This document shows positions 44,701 through 56,974 of a DNA stretch of 64,000 bases, in pieces (positions within the stretch are counted from its first letter, which is position 1; each line of letters opens with the position of its first letter). The DNA comes from Ranitomeya imitator (Eukaryota): NCBI RefSeq assembly GCF_032444005.1, contig NC_091290.1, positions 113,584,001 through 113,648,000 of the forward strand, read 5' to 3'. A program made the translations under genes and the position numbers. The notes beneath the pieces were generated by a model, which was not told where the DNA came from, did no database searches, and was given only the letters and a program-made list of their open reading frames with translations.

Positions 44701-45301
44701 TTACTTGAACTGTAAGACGGTGCGTTTTTGATGCCAAAATATGTAACCTGGATGTTTTTGCCTTTTTATGATCCACATGATCATGACACAGTGGCAGTTC
44801 TGTAACAGGAGAGTTATACAGTATGTTAGATATTACTGGCAGATGTAGTGTGACTACTGTTAGACCTCTTTCACACAGCCACATTTTTTTTTTTATATAA
44901 AAATAAAAAAAATCCAGACTTCTGTCCATTTTTTTTTTTTACTGTTGAATGAGAAGTCTGATTATACATAGATGGCATCCAAGTGTTTCCCGCAGCGTTT
45001 TGGATCAGATTTACATCAGTGAGCTGGTGGACTTCTTCTTGGGGCCTCATCTATACAACCTCGTGCTAAAGGCTTCAGATTGGGCTTCGTTAGCTCTGAA
45101 ATTAGACTTAAGTGTAAGTGCTGACATTTTGTAACTAAATACACACTGCGTTTATAGTCAGCGCTGGATGTATATTCTCAAGAAGTAGATGCTCGATGGC
45201 AGTCCTCTTTCATGAGGACCTTTTATAAAAAAAAAAACGTGTTAAAAAAATATGCGCTGACTTCATACACCCCTGACCCCCCATGACTTCTGCACATACA
45301 G

Positions 45302-45470
45302 TACAGACCAAAGGTTTGGACACACCTTCTCATTTAAAGATTTTTCTGTATTTTCATGACTATGAAAATTGTACATTCACACTGAAGGCATCAAAACTAT
45401 GAATTAACACATGTGGAATTATATAATTAACAAAAAAGTGTGAAACAACTGAAATTATGTCTTATATTTG
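45302..45470. mobile_element. Tc1-like terminal fragment
   Basis: TA|CAGTACAGACCAAAGGTTTGGACACACC start; no matching other end found. Confidence 0.55.
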
Positions 45471-45609
45471 CACCGCACACTACACTTTCCTATACAATAA
45501 AAACCCGATATGTCGAGAATTTACCAGCATAAAGTGACAATGGCTGATTAACAATAACATGCTTTTGCTTATATATCTAATAACGTTTCACTTTTTCAGG
45601 CCGATCAAT

Positions 45610-45668
45610 ATGTCGTCTTGGGTGAAAGTCACAAGGGATCAGCCGCAGAAACCCGCCGCTGGCACAAA
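45610..45668 (+). CDS. Unidentified gene, first coding exon (MSSWVKVTRDQPQKPAAGT); exon starts at 45600
   Basis: Acceptor CTTTTTCAG|G, donor AA|GTAAGT; phase 2 matches the next exon. Confidence 0.7.
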
Positions 45669-46291
45669 GTAAGTGCTGGATGTGCCGTGTATACAGAGAT
45701 GTGTCCGTTCCAGGCATCTGATGGGGGTGATTGTCTCCCAGAACATGGAGACCCTTTCAGATGAATGGAACAGTGTCAGAAATGTGCAAAAATTGTGAAT
45801 GAGTGAATCCAGCAGTAGGTGTTATTTACTGTCTGTCTTTGATTTTTTTTTTTTAGTTACTTTTAGTTAAAAAGTTTCTTTGAGACTATTGAAAATGACT
45901 TGTTTGTGTGACCTCCATACAAGGCAATAAAATTTTATGACGCCGTATTAATAAGATGCTTGGAGTCCCAGACCTGAGGGCTAAGAAGGCTGCCACTGGG
46001 GAAGACGGTGCTAAAATAAGACGGTCATGACACACATACTGGATTCCCATAGGGCCACGCAGCTTTTCTTCAGGGGCCTCCGCTGAGAAAGTTTCACATT
46101 TACTTCCTTTTCAAAGGGGATCTGAGTTTTTCTTCTTTTTTATATCAATAAGCCCAAGGTAGCTTTCAGTTTTTATTTTACACTTTGCCACCAGTGTGTT
46201 GCGTAAAATACGGAAAAATAAAACACATTTTTTACTTGCTCTCAGCTCTAGGAGTCTGTATGTATAATCACTTTGTTTCCATAATTTATAA

Positions 46292-47320
46292 CCGTATATG
46301 CTCGAGTATAAATCAACCCGAGTATAAGCCGCCCCCCCCCCCCTAATTTTGCCACAAAAAACTGGGAAAACTTAATGACTCGAGTATAAGCCTAGGGTGG
46401 GAAATGCAGCAGCTACTGGTAAATGTCAAAAATAAAAATAGATACCAATAAAAGTAAAATTAATTGAGACATCAGTAGGTTAAGTGTTTTTGAATATCCA
46501 TATTGAATCAGGAGCCCCATATAATGCTCCATACAGTTTATGATGGCCCCATAAGATGCTCCATATTAAAATATGCCCCATATAATCCTGTATAAAGGTT
46601 AATAATGGCCCCATAAGATGCTCCATAGAGATATTTGCCCAATATAATGCTGCACAAATGTTGATTATGGCCCCATAAGATGCTCCATAAAGATATTTGC
46701 CCCATATAGTGCTGCACAAACCTTGATTATGGCCCCATAAGATGCTCCATACAGACACTTGCCCCATATACCGTAGTGCTCCACAAACGTTTATTATGGC
46801 CCCATAAAATGCTCCATAAAGATATTTGCCCCATATAATCCTGCACAAATGCTGATTATGGCCCCATAAGATGCTACATACAGACACTTGCCCCATATAG
46901 TGCTGTACAAACGTTATGGCCCCAGAAGATGCTCCATACAGACACTTGCCCCATATACCGTAGTGCTCCACAAACGTTGATTATGGCCCCATAAAATGCT
47001 CCATACAGACACTTGCCCCATTTGCTGTTGCTGCGATAAAAAAAAAAAAAAAATAATCACATACTCACCTCTCTGTCGCTCAGGCCCCCGGCACTTTCAA
47101 TTTTCACCTGACTTCGTTCCGGCGCCGCTCCATCTTCTGCACTGACGTTCAGCAGAAGGCGCGCACTAACCACGTCACCGCGCCCTGTGACCTGAGCGTT
47201 ACTGCAGAAGACGCTGAAGACGGAGCGGCGCACGGAACGGGGAGCGTAGCGCTCCCCTCCCCGTTATACTCACCTGTTCCTGGCGCGGTCCCTGCTTCCC
47301 GGCGCTGCCGCTTCCTGTAC
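46292..47320 (+). mobile_element. Tc1/mariner-superfamily (Tc2/Kanga-like) non-autonomous element with an internal ~60-65 bp tandem repeat, truncated
   Basis: Start CCGTATATGCTCGAGTATAA with repeated CTCGAGTATAAGCC motifs; about 8 GGCCCCATAAGATGCTCCATA units at 46515-47020. Confidence 0.6.
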
Positions 47321-47454
47321 TGAGCGTCATAACTATGGTGAGTCAAAAGACGTGAGCACAGCTACTAGGGTGCACGGGTAGGTTCCCAAACCATATGCAT
47401 ATAGATATAAAGAACCCGGCACTCAACTTGAATTAAACTTGAGGTTTTTTATTC

Positions 47455-47502
47455 CGTAGTACGAAAAAACGTTTCGGTCTAGTGTGGCCTTCGTCAGTTA
47501 CG
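47455..47502 (-). ncRNA. Minimal type I hammerhead ribozyme motif (antisense copy)
   Basis: Reverse complement reads CGTAA CTGACGA A GGCC ACACTA GACC GAAACG TTTTTT CGTA CTACG; one mismatch in stem II. Confidence 0.6.
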
Positions 47503-47677
47503 TACTGAAGGATGACTGAGAATAACCGGCTTTCACGCCGACAGCGGTGGACACCGCGTCAGGACCCAGCCACTCTCAGCTCACAGCTGCGCTATATCTA
47601 TTTAAGCGGACCACCATTAAGTGATAACCCACGGATCTATCACACATACTGAGGTTATTCTCAGTCATCCTTCAGTA

Positions 47678-47727
47678 CGTAACTGACGAAGGCCACACTA
47701 GGCCGAAACGTTTTTTTTCGTACTATG
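47678..47727 (+). ncRNA. Minimal type I hammerhead ribozyme motif
   Basis: CTGACGA (47683-89), extra A, stem II GGCC/GGCC with loop ACACTA, GAAA (47705-08), stem III ACG/CGT, GUA cleavage triplet (47720-22), short stem I CGTAA/CTATG with one mismatch and one wobble. Confidence 0.65.
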
Positions 47728-49330
47728 GAATAAAAAACCTCAAGTTTAATTCAAGTTGAGCGTCATAAGTAGTCGTGCCAAAAACAAACAAGCCGTAACA
47801 CGGCCATGTCGACAGGATGATGTGCAATGTGTGTCTTGGGAGAGGTGGAGGAAATAACGAGAGCGTTTTTAATCTGCAGACTTTCCCAATGTATCCATCA
47901 GATCTCTCCCCACCACGTCTTCCTCTGTCATCCAGGCCTCCTACATTAGTTTTCCTCCCTTGCTGTGGTCTATCTGTGCACGACGTCCTGGGAAAAAAAC
48001 AATTGTACTTCTCCAGGGGGGGAATCTTCTTGAATAGAAGCTCCCCAGAGATGTTACTATGGCAACCACAATGCCTATGGCGGTCCTCTCTTGTGACACC
48101 ATGGCAACATACCCTCCGACCGAACCAATTTATCTAGTGCGAAGCGGTTGTGTGACATTTACCCCCAGTATCGCAGCCATAATAATCCCTCTCCTGCCAA
48201 ACCAGATTCTACATTTGAACAATTTGAAGTGTCATTCCTAGGCATTCATCCTTACACACAACGTATGCGATTGCAATATATAGATCACAGCTTACACAAT
48301 GCAGAATACAGTTGCTCAGATTTTCATGGATTTCTGTACCTGACGCAATCTATTCTCTTGGAGGAGCACTCCTTTTTGCTCTTGCCATAACAGATGGTGA
48401 TCTGCGTGGCCAGATCCTCTTCAAAATCAAAAAACGTGTTTTAAATTTACTGCAAATCGGTCAAAAAAGAACAACAAAGGGGAAAACAAAATCGAGAATT
48501 GTTACTACTTTTTTATTTTTCGGTCTCCGCAGCATTGCCAAAAGCGCTGTCCCTGTTTGTATTAGGATTGCATAAAAGTGTCGTCGGCTACAGTTTTCTG
48601 CACCTCTGGGGGAAAAATATGGGATACTACTGAGCCGAGGCCAGACGGAGTCCAGAGTATAGGGAATGGATCCATAGGGGGTTTCATCTAAATTAGCCAC
48701 TCTAAGATTGTAAAGGCAAACCACAAAGTATGTGCTCAGCTTAGAGTGCCGGATAAATGTGATCCAAATTATGTAAAATGCTCCCAATAAGTTTCAACTC
48801 AATCCACAAAAAAAAAAAGCAAGACCCTACTCAGATCTGTCATCTGTTAGCGGAAAAATAGGGAGCTTCCACGTTAGTAGTAGCACAAAGGCTCCTCGCC
48901 CCCCAAAAGAAATTTAGCAAATTTTGTTGTCCCAAATCCAAATGCCACAGTGTGTCTAAACCGCAGTTAGCGTCCACATGTTTGGCATTTCTGTAGCGAT
49001 GAGGGCCCACCTAATTTCCAAGTGGATGAGCTGAGCACAATGTACGGTCACTACAATGTACTGGTCACTACAACGTACTGGTCACTACAAAGGCAGGTTG
49101 CAATTTTCGCTCAGTAACATCCACTGCTGCTTGTTTCTGGAAAACACCCATGGAGTCAAAATCGTCACAACACCTGTAGATAAATTTCCCAAGTGGTATA
49201 ATTTCCAAAATCGGGTCATTTGAGGGGGGATTCTGCTCTCCTACCAATTGGGGCCTCTGTATCTGGAGTTCTCAATCTGTTCTAGGAAAAACTGCACCCC
49301 AGGACGCCTCTTATATAACATTACTACTTA

Positions 49331-50097
49331 GGGTACCGTCACACAGTGCCATTTCGATCGCTACGACGGTACGATTCGTGACGTTCCAGCGATATCGTTA
49401 CGATATCGCTGTGTCTGACACCCAGCAGCGATCAGGGATCCTGCTGAGAATCGTTCGTCGTAGCAGATCGTATGGAACTTTCTTTCGTCGCTGGATCTCC
49501 CGCTGTCATCGCTAGATCGGTGTGTGTGACACCGATCTAGCGATGCGATCCAGCGATGCGTTCGCTTGTAACCAGGGTAAACATCGGGTTCGTAAGCGCA
49601 GGACCGCGCTTAGTAACCCGATGTTTACCCTGGTTACCAGCGTAAATGTAAAAAAAAAAAAACAGTACATGCTTACATTCCGGTGTCCGTCAGGTCCCTT
49701 GCCGTCTGCTTCCCGCACTCAGTGACTGCCGGCCGTAAAGTGAAAGCAGAGCACAGCGGTACAGCGGTGACGTCACCGCTGTGCTGTGCTTTCACTTTAC
49801 GGCCGGCAGTCACTGAGTGCGGGAAGCAGACGGCAAGGGACAGACACCGGAATGTAAGTATGTGCTGTTTGTTTTTTTTTACGCTGGTAACCAGGGTAAA
49901 CATCGGGTTACTAAGCGCGGTCCTGCGCTTAGTAACCCGATGTTTACCCTGGTTACCGGGGACTTCGGCATCGTTGGTCGCTGGAGAGCTGTCTGTGTGA
50001 CAGCTCCCCAGCGACCACACTACGATTTACCTACGATCACGGCCAGGTCGTATCGCTGGTCGTGATCTTAGGTAAATCGTATAGTGTGACGGTACCC
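49331..50097. mobile_element. PIF/Harbinger-like MITE with nested hairpins
   Basis: TTA|GGGTACCGTCACAC...GTGTGACGGTACCC|TTA; two internal GGTAACCAGGGTAAACATCGGG...CCCGATGTTTACCCTGGTTACC hairpins. Confidence 0.85.
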
Positions 50098-51013
50098 TTA
50101 GTCATTTGGCGAGACTTGGGAGTGACGAAGTGCTATTTCCCGATAGCGCTCCGTCCCTCCTGAGACTTTTCATATGACTAAGCAGTGCAGTACAGCCACA
50201 TAAGGGGTATTTCTACATAAAGCAGAAATTGTGGGACAAATTTGGTGCCATTATACCCATTCCCCAGGGTGAAAATGTAAAATCTAGGGGTAAAACTAAA
50301 TTTTGGTGGTAAAAATGTAATTCTCTTTTTCTTCACTGCCCAATAGTATAAAAATGTGACTCACCTGTGATGTCAATACGATCATTGCACTCTTATAAGA
50401 ATTCATTGAGAGGTGTAGTCTGTAAAAAGTGGTCACTTATGGAGGGTTCTGCTGTTCTGGCACCTCAGGGGCTCTGCCTATGTGACATGGCACCCTTAAG
50501 CCAGTCCAGCAAAATCTGAACTCCCAATATGGTTCTCTTTCCCTTCTGAGCTTTGCACTGTGCCTCAAAAGTAGTTTTCGACCACATATGGGGTATCGGC
50601 GTACTCTTGAGAAATTGCACAACAATTTTTGGTGTCTATTTTCTCCTGCTATCCTTGTGAAAATAAATAAAAAATTGGCACTAAAATAGCATTTTTGTGG
50701 GAATATTTAGATTTTTATTTTTAATTTCACGGCTCTACAGTGTAAACTTCTGTGAATCACCTGGTCTTTCAAGGTGCTCACCGCACAACTAGATACATTC
50801 CATGAGGGGTCTAGCTTCCAAAGTGGTGTCACATTTGTGGGATTTCCAATGTTTAGGCACATCAGGGGCTTTCCAAACGGGACATGACACAGGCAGACTA
50901 TTCCATCAAAGTCTGCCTTCCGAAACGTCTCTCCTTCTTTTCTGAGCCTCCCGTGAGCCTAAATAGTAGTTTACCCCCACATATGCAAAATTTGTGGCTA
51001 AAATAAAAAAGCA

Positions 51014-54000
51014 TTTTCTCTTGACGCCCATGACTGCACCACGGAGAGAGGGGATCCGCCCACCAAGGACAGGAAACCTACAGATAAAAAGGCGGTACCT
51101 CTCTCTCGCATCAGTTGGTTTCCTGTCCTTGATGGGAGACCTACAGAAAGCGAATGTCGTTGTGGGAGTCCGGGGCCAATCAGTCCAATTCAGACAGTGG
51201 GGGTCCCCCTGCCTCGGCTGGTGTGGTGACCCGAGGCGCTACTGCTGGGGCTAGTGAGCCTCTAGGGTGCGCGAGGAGATGTGGCAAGGAGATCGCGGCC
51301 ACCTCTCCAGGGAAGAAGCAGCAGCATCCAAGGGGGTTCCCTCTGTGGATGGGAGTTAGCGCACTGCTTCCCCCAAGCGTCAGTCTGTCAGCTGAAGCCC
51401 GGGGGTTCCGGGAACCAGCGTACACGCGCGATGATGCGCGGCACCTTCTTGTGGGCAGTGTTGTTCGTCTGCGCATGCGCGAGATCAGGAACGCGATTTC
51501 GCGCTGTGCATGATGGATATTCGGTCACTGCGCATTCGCGGGATTGGATGCGGTGCAGGCGGCATTTACTGCGCATGCACTGATATAAATAGTGCGGGCG
51601 GGAATCACCGCTATTAAAGGGAAGCATAACTTAGGTCATTGCTTCTCATGAAGCTTGACCAGCGTTCCCCTGCCATGAGCGACCTGGAACAGGCATCACC
51701 CCTATCCAGATCATCACAGCAGCAGCAGCAGCAGAAGCGACGGCCGCAGAAAGGACACCAGGATGTTGCCGGTAAAGGACGCTCGGGATCTCTTCATAGC
51801 AAGGAGTACAGTACAGCGTCCGGCAAGAGGGATAAGCTGATGACAGACGCAGATCATCCCCAACCGGTATTTATGGGTCCGTAAGGTGGTAAGTGATCTC
51901 CGTGATAAGCTCAGGCAAGACTAAGCATAAAGTATGCGCCCTCTGTAGAGAGGATCTTCCTTCTACTTGGGAGAAGAGGCTTTGTAGCGCATGCATACAA
52001 CATAGTGTCTGAAGGGCTTCCCGGGTTCACAGCAGACTGCAAAACCCTGATAGAAAATCAGGTGGAAGATACTTTTAAATCCCTAAAGGGGGGGGGGGGG
52101 TAAGCGAAGAAAGACTAGGCACAGATCCCCAACTCCTGAGTCCAGTGATACGGATAGTGAAGAGGTGGACTCGGATACATCTAATTCTTCTTCATCTTCC
52201 TCTAGGGGTCGTAGCTGTTTTCCTCTAGAAGAGACTGACAGCCTCGTTAAAGCAGTTAGCACTATGGGGCTATCGGACCCTCACCCCAAAAGATCGGTAC
52301 AGGACTAGATGTTGCCATCGCTAAGGCATCTAAAAAATATGCCCTTCCATTCTAGGACATGGGGGTCCTGAAAGATCCCATGGACAAAAAGGCAGATGCT
52401 TTCCTAAAAAGTTCATGGGAGGCAGCCGGGGGAGGGTTAAAACCAGCGGTTGCCGCCGCATGCACATCCCGTTCCCTAATGGTATGGTTAGGCCAATTAG
52501 AAATCCGCCAGAAAGCACTACCAAGAACCACCAGACGTTGGTGGAACTCGGATACCCAGAAGGAGGCACCTAAACCAAAGGCTCTGCCTAGAAACAGCTG
52601 ATGGTACTGGAGCCAGGATGGGGAGCAGCTTAAAAACGAAGTCCTCTCGGGACTCAATATTAAACACCTTACCGGTAATGCGAGGAGCTGCCGCTTTTAG
52701 CAGATGCCTCCGCTGATTCTATCAGACTGTCTGCTAGGTCAGCAGCTTTTTCAAACGCGTCCAGCTGAGCCCTTTGGCTTAAATGTTGGCCAGGGGATCT
52801 CCAAACAAAATCTAAGTTGTGTACAATCCCCTGTGAAGGAGAATTCTTATTCGGACACAGTTTAAACGACATCTTAGAGAAGGCAGATGACAAAAAGAAA
52901 TCACTCCCCTCCCTTGGTTTTCCTTCCTACAGGAGGCTCTTTCGGAGCAAGAGGTTCTTCCGAAGGAAGCCGGAAAAAAACCAAAATAAGAAAAACAAGA
53001 ACAAGGGATTTATGTTTAATAAGAGCCCCACTGACAACAAAAAACCCACCCAATGAATGTTTGCCCCAGGTGGGGGTATGACTGTCCCTCTTTCTCTTTG
53101 CCTGGGAGAAAATTACTAACAGTCCATGGATTTTGGACATAATAAAGTCGGGACTAAAGTTAGGATTTCCCAAACTTCCTCGACCCTCCTTCATGATGAC
53201 ATCCCTGAGATCATCAGAAGAACAACTAGCATTAGAACAAGAAATTAAGGGGCAAGGGGGTTCTCCTGGAAGTCCCCCCTCAAGAAAGAGGAAAAGGATA
53301 TTACTCCCCTCTGTTCCTGAGGAAAAAACCAGATGGGTCCTACTGGACAATTATGAACTTGAAAAGCCTAAACAAATATCTGAATGTTCAGCCGTTCAAA
53401 ATGGAGACAATAAAAACATCAATAAAAATGCTGTTTCCACTTTGTTTTATGGCAGTCCTGGACCTGAAAGACGCTTACTATCACGTCCCTATCCACAAAG
53501 ACCACCAACAATTCCTCAGGATAGCAGTCCTCATCAGAGGGGTGACATGTCATTTCCAATTCTGAGCTCTTCCCTTTGGACTAGCCATAGCTCTGCGAGT
53601 CTTTACCAAACTAGTTGCAGAGGTAATGGCCCACCTGAGGGAACAAGACACCCTGATAGTGCCATACCTTGACAACTTCCTGGTAATAGGCAACTCTCCC
53701 CAACATTGCGAAAGTCGGCTAGAAAGAATCATGCGCTCATTAAAAAGCCTGGGCTGGTTAGTTAACTTAACAAAATCCAGATTGTTGCCGTGCCAAATCC
53801 AGGAATATCTGTGTCTTACTTTGGACTCTGTATGGCAGGAATGCCGCCTTCCATCAGAAAAAGTGCAAAAGATGGTGGGGCTAGTGTCCAGAATGAGGGA
53901 TTTCACCTCCATAACTCTCTGGTAGCGTACCTGAATCACCAGGGGGGTACCTTCTCTGAGTCTGATGGAAGTAACTAAATCAATCTTCCACATAGCCGAA

Positions 54001-55918
54001 GGCAATCTTCAGTTTGTCAGGCCTTCATATAAATGGGGTAGACCATTACAGAGCGGATTTTTCTGAGTCGTTCCCGTCTAAAACAAGGGGAATGAGAATT
54101 GAACCAGGCAGTGTTCATCCAGATCTCACAAAGGTGGGGTGTACCGAGCATAGACCTCTTCGCGAACAACCTAAACAAAAAGGTAGACACCTTTTGCTCC
54201 ATAACACCATTAGGGAGCCCCGTATCACTAGATGCTTTTCTGATTCCTTGGCACCATCAACTAGCGTATGCCTTTCCCCCAATTGCTCTAATTCCAGCAA
54301 TTCTGAGGAAGATTCGGGAAGAACAGAGCTCATGTAATCTTAATAGCTCCGTTCTGGCCGAGGAGGGCATGGTTCTGTTGGATGACGAGGATGTCTATCT
54401 CTGATCCCTGGGTACTCCCGGACCTCCCAAACCTCCTTTCCCAGGGTCCAGTTCAACATCCGCAGGTTGCAAGTTTACACTTGACAGCCTGGCATTTGAG
54501 AGGGAGCTATTAGAAAATAGCGGGTTTTCTCCGGGGCTGGTATCTACCCTTCTACAAAGTAGGAAACCAATTACGACCAGACAGTACGGGAAAATATGGA
54601 AAAAATTCCTGTCATCCTCGGGCGCCAAAATAGGTGAGGAAGTCCCTCTTAATGCCATACTAGAATTCCTACAAAAAGGGTTAGAAATTGGTCTGGCCAC
54701 AAGAACCCTAAAAGTCCATGTAGCAGCGTTGGGGGCTCTATTCAACTACGATTTGGCGAGAAATCGGTGGATTTCAAGGTTCATCAGAGCAGCCGGGAGA
54801 TCAAGACCTCTTCCTGTGCGAAACACACCTCAGTGGGATTTAAATTTAGTCCTGAAAGCCGTGACTAAACCTCCATTTGAACCATTGGCGGATGTCCCAT
54901 TAAAATTTTTATCCCTCAAAACATCTTTGCTGGTCGCTCTCACTTCCGCAAGTAGAGTTAGCGACATTCAGGCTCTGTATGTATGTATCTGCTACCCCCC
55001 CCCCCCCCTTTTTACTCAATTCCTGGATGATAGGGTTGTTCTTAAAACAGACCCAGCCTACCTCCCAAAAGTAGCATCCCGATTTCATAGGACACAAGAG
55101 ATATCTCTCCCCTCCTTTTGTCCTAACCCCAAAAACAAGGAGGAAGAGTCCTTACACACATTGGATGTTAGGAGATGCCTGATGCATTACATAGAAGCCA
55201 CCAGAGAGAGTAGGGAGGATGGCTCTCTTTTTGTGTGCTTTCAGGGTCCCCGGAAGGGGAAGAAAGCCTCCAAGGGCACCCTGGCAAGATGGATCACGGA
55301 CGCCATCAGCCTCTCATACTCATCAAGTGGGGTACCCGTCCCGGGAAATGTGAAAGCGCACTCAACGAGAGCAGTAGCAACCTCTTGGGCGGAGAAGGCT
55401 TCAATTGATCAGATATGTAGAGCTGCTACCTGGTCCTCAGCATCTACATTCTATAAGCACTATAGATTGGACCTTATCTCCTCTTCGGACCTTACCTTCG
55501 GTAAAAGGGTTCTGGAAGCGGTGGTCCCTCCCTAAATGTAGAATCTCTGCAATTCTCTCCGTAGTGCCGTCATGGGCGTCAGAAAAAAATATAGTTCTTA
55601 CCGATAACTGTATTTCTCTGAGCCCATGACTGCACCCGTACATTCCTTCTCTTCACATATGGGTGTACACATTAATATAATGTCTATGCTAAATACCTAA
55701 ATAAATAGCCACGCGGTATCTTGGTTAAAACTTCAAGTAATGATAGACTTAGATTTTATTCTTTAAGCTCCCATCATGCTCTAGTAAAGAACTGATGCGG
55801 GAGAGAGGTACCGCCTTTTTATCTGTAGGTTTCCTGTCCTTGGTGTGCGGATCACCTCTCTCTGTGGTGCCGTCATGGGCTCAGAGAAATACCGTTATCG
55901 GTAAGAACTTTATTTTTT
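51014..55918 (+). mobile_element. DIRS1-type tyrosine-recombinase retrotransposon, structurally complete but with frameshifted ORFs
   Basis: Inverted terminal repeats 51014-51116 and 55790-55918; internal complementary region 55553-55638 matches both termini. Gag-like (LKDPMDKKAD), RT (LDLKDAYYHVP, LPFGL, YLDN), RNase H, MT-like (IDLFAN...AYAFPP) and YR pieces. T-rich junctions, no TSD. Confidence 0.95.
54729..55535 (+). pseudogene. DIRS tyrosine recombinase, C-terminal catalytic portion
   Basis: LTSASRVSD, LDVRRCL, KAHSTRAVATSWA, ATWSSASTFYKHYRLD; the upstream part is in another frame. Confidence 0.88.
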
Positions 55919-56550
55919 GTGAAAGTGTGATTTTTTTTATTTTTATTTTTTTCCCTTTATTTATTTTTTTTTTTCTTCACAGCTCAACGTTATTAACTTC
56001 TGTGAAGCACCTGGGGGTTCAAGGTGCTCACCATGCATCTAAATACATTCCTTGAGGGGTCTAGTTTCCAAAATGGTGTCACTTGTGGGTGGTTTCCACT
56101 GTTTAGGCACATCAGGGGCTCTCCAAATGCAACATGGCGTTAATCCAGAAAATGTTACTTTCAAAAAGTCAAAAGGCGCCCCTTACCTTCCGAGCCTTGT
56201 TGTGCACCCAAACAGTGGTTTTCCCCCATATATGGGGTATCTGCATGCTCCGGAGAAATTGTACAATTCAATTTTACTGTCCATTTTTTTTTTCCTGTTA
56301 TCCTTGTGAAAATAAAGTTGTAAGTCTAAAGTAAAATTTTTGTGTAAAGTTAAATGTTCATTTTTTTTTTCTTTCCTTCCACAATCCAAAAATTCCTGTG
56401 AAGCACCTGAAGGGTTAATAAACTTCTTCAATGTGGTTTTGAGTTTTTAGAATGTTGTCACTTTTCGGTAGACCCTTCAAAGACACTTGTAAATGTAATG
56501 TGGTCCCTAATATAAAATAAATGGTTTTGTAAATTTTGTTGGAAACTTGA

Positions 56551-56690
56551 AAAATATTTAGAATTGAGAGTCCTCAGTGGTTGATACCTTTTAATGGCTA
56601 ACTGAAAAGATGGTAATAAATTGCAAGCTAACTATTCTAAATTCTAAATATTTTTCTATCTACTGGCTAACACGGTACCAATATATATTT
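56551..56690. mobile_element. Short insert related to the repeat at 63901-64000 (probable Penelope-like terminus)
   Basis: Shared TAGAATTGAGAGTCCTC..GTGGTTGAT..CTTTTAATGGCTAACTGAAAAGATGGTAA.AAATTGCAA. Confidence 0.5.
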
Positions 56691-56944
56691 CTTTCCTGTT
56701 GGAAACTTGAGAATTTATTTTGCTGGTCAACTTTTAACCCTTAGAATTTCCTAACAAAGAAAAAAATTTCAAAAATTGTGCAATTTCAAGGGTACGAACA
56801 CTTTCGGCCATGACTGTATTTATGGGGACAGGCTCACGATTAAATAGTAACTGTATTTACTGCCCTTGTCTGCTCACACAATTCATTCATTGTGCGATAA
56901 CATCTATGTCCGCCAAGTCATTAATTGCACTTTTGTTTCCTCAG

Positions 56945-56974
56945 GAAGCCAAGCTGGATTCCTCGACTCCTAGA
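56945..56974 (+). CDS. Unidentified gene, 30-nt coding exon (KPSWIPRLL)
   Basis: Acceptor CTTTTGTTTCCTCAG, donor GTAAGT, phase 2-2. Confidence 0.65.

Larger units (their letters stand above)
47333..47760. mobile_element. Penelope-like element remnant with inverted pseudo-LTR arms
   Basis: Arms 47422-47527 and 47653-47760 are near-perfect inverted repeats; direct repeat TGAGCGTCATAA at 47321-47332 and 47757-47768 (TSD of 8-12 bp); each arm has a hammerhead core followed by AATAAA. Confidence 0.75.
48600..56460. repeat. Large interspersed repeat with recurring sub-blocks (e.g. TCTGTGAAGCACCTG...AAGGTGCTCACC, GGCACATCAGGGGCT), hosting the MITE at 49331 and the DIRS element; boundaries approximate
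   Basis: The same blocks recur at about 50750-51000 and 55990-56450. Class not determined. Confidence 0.5.
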
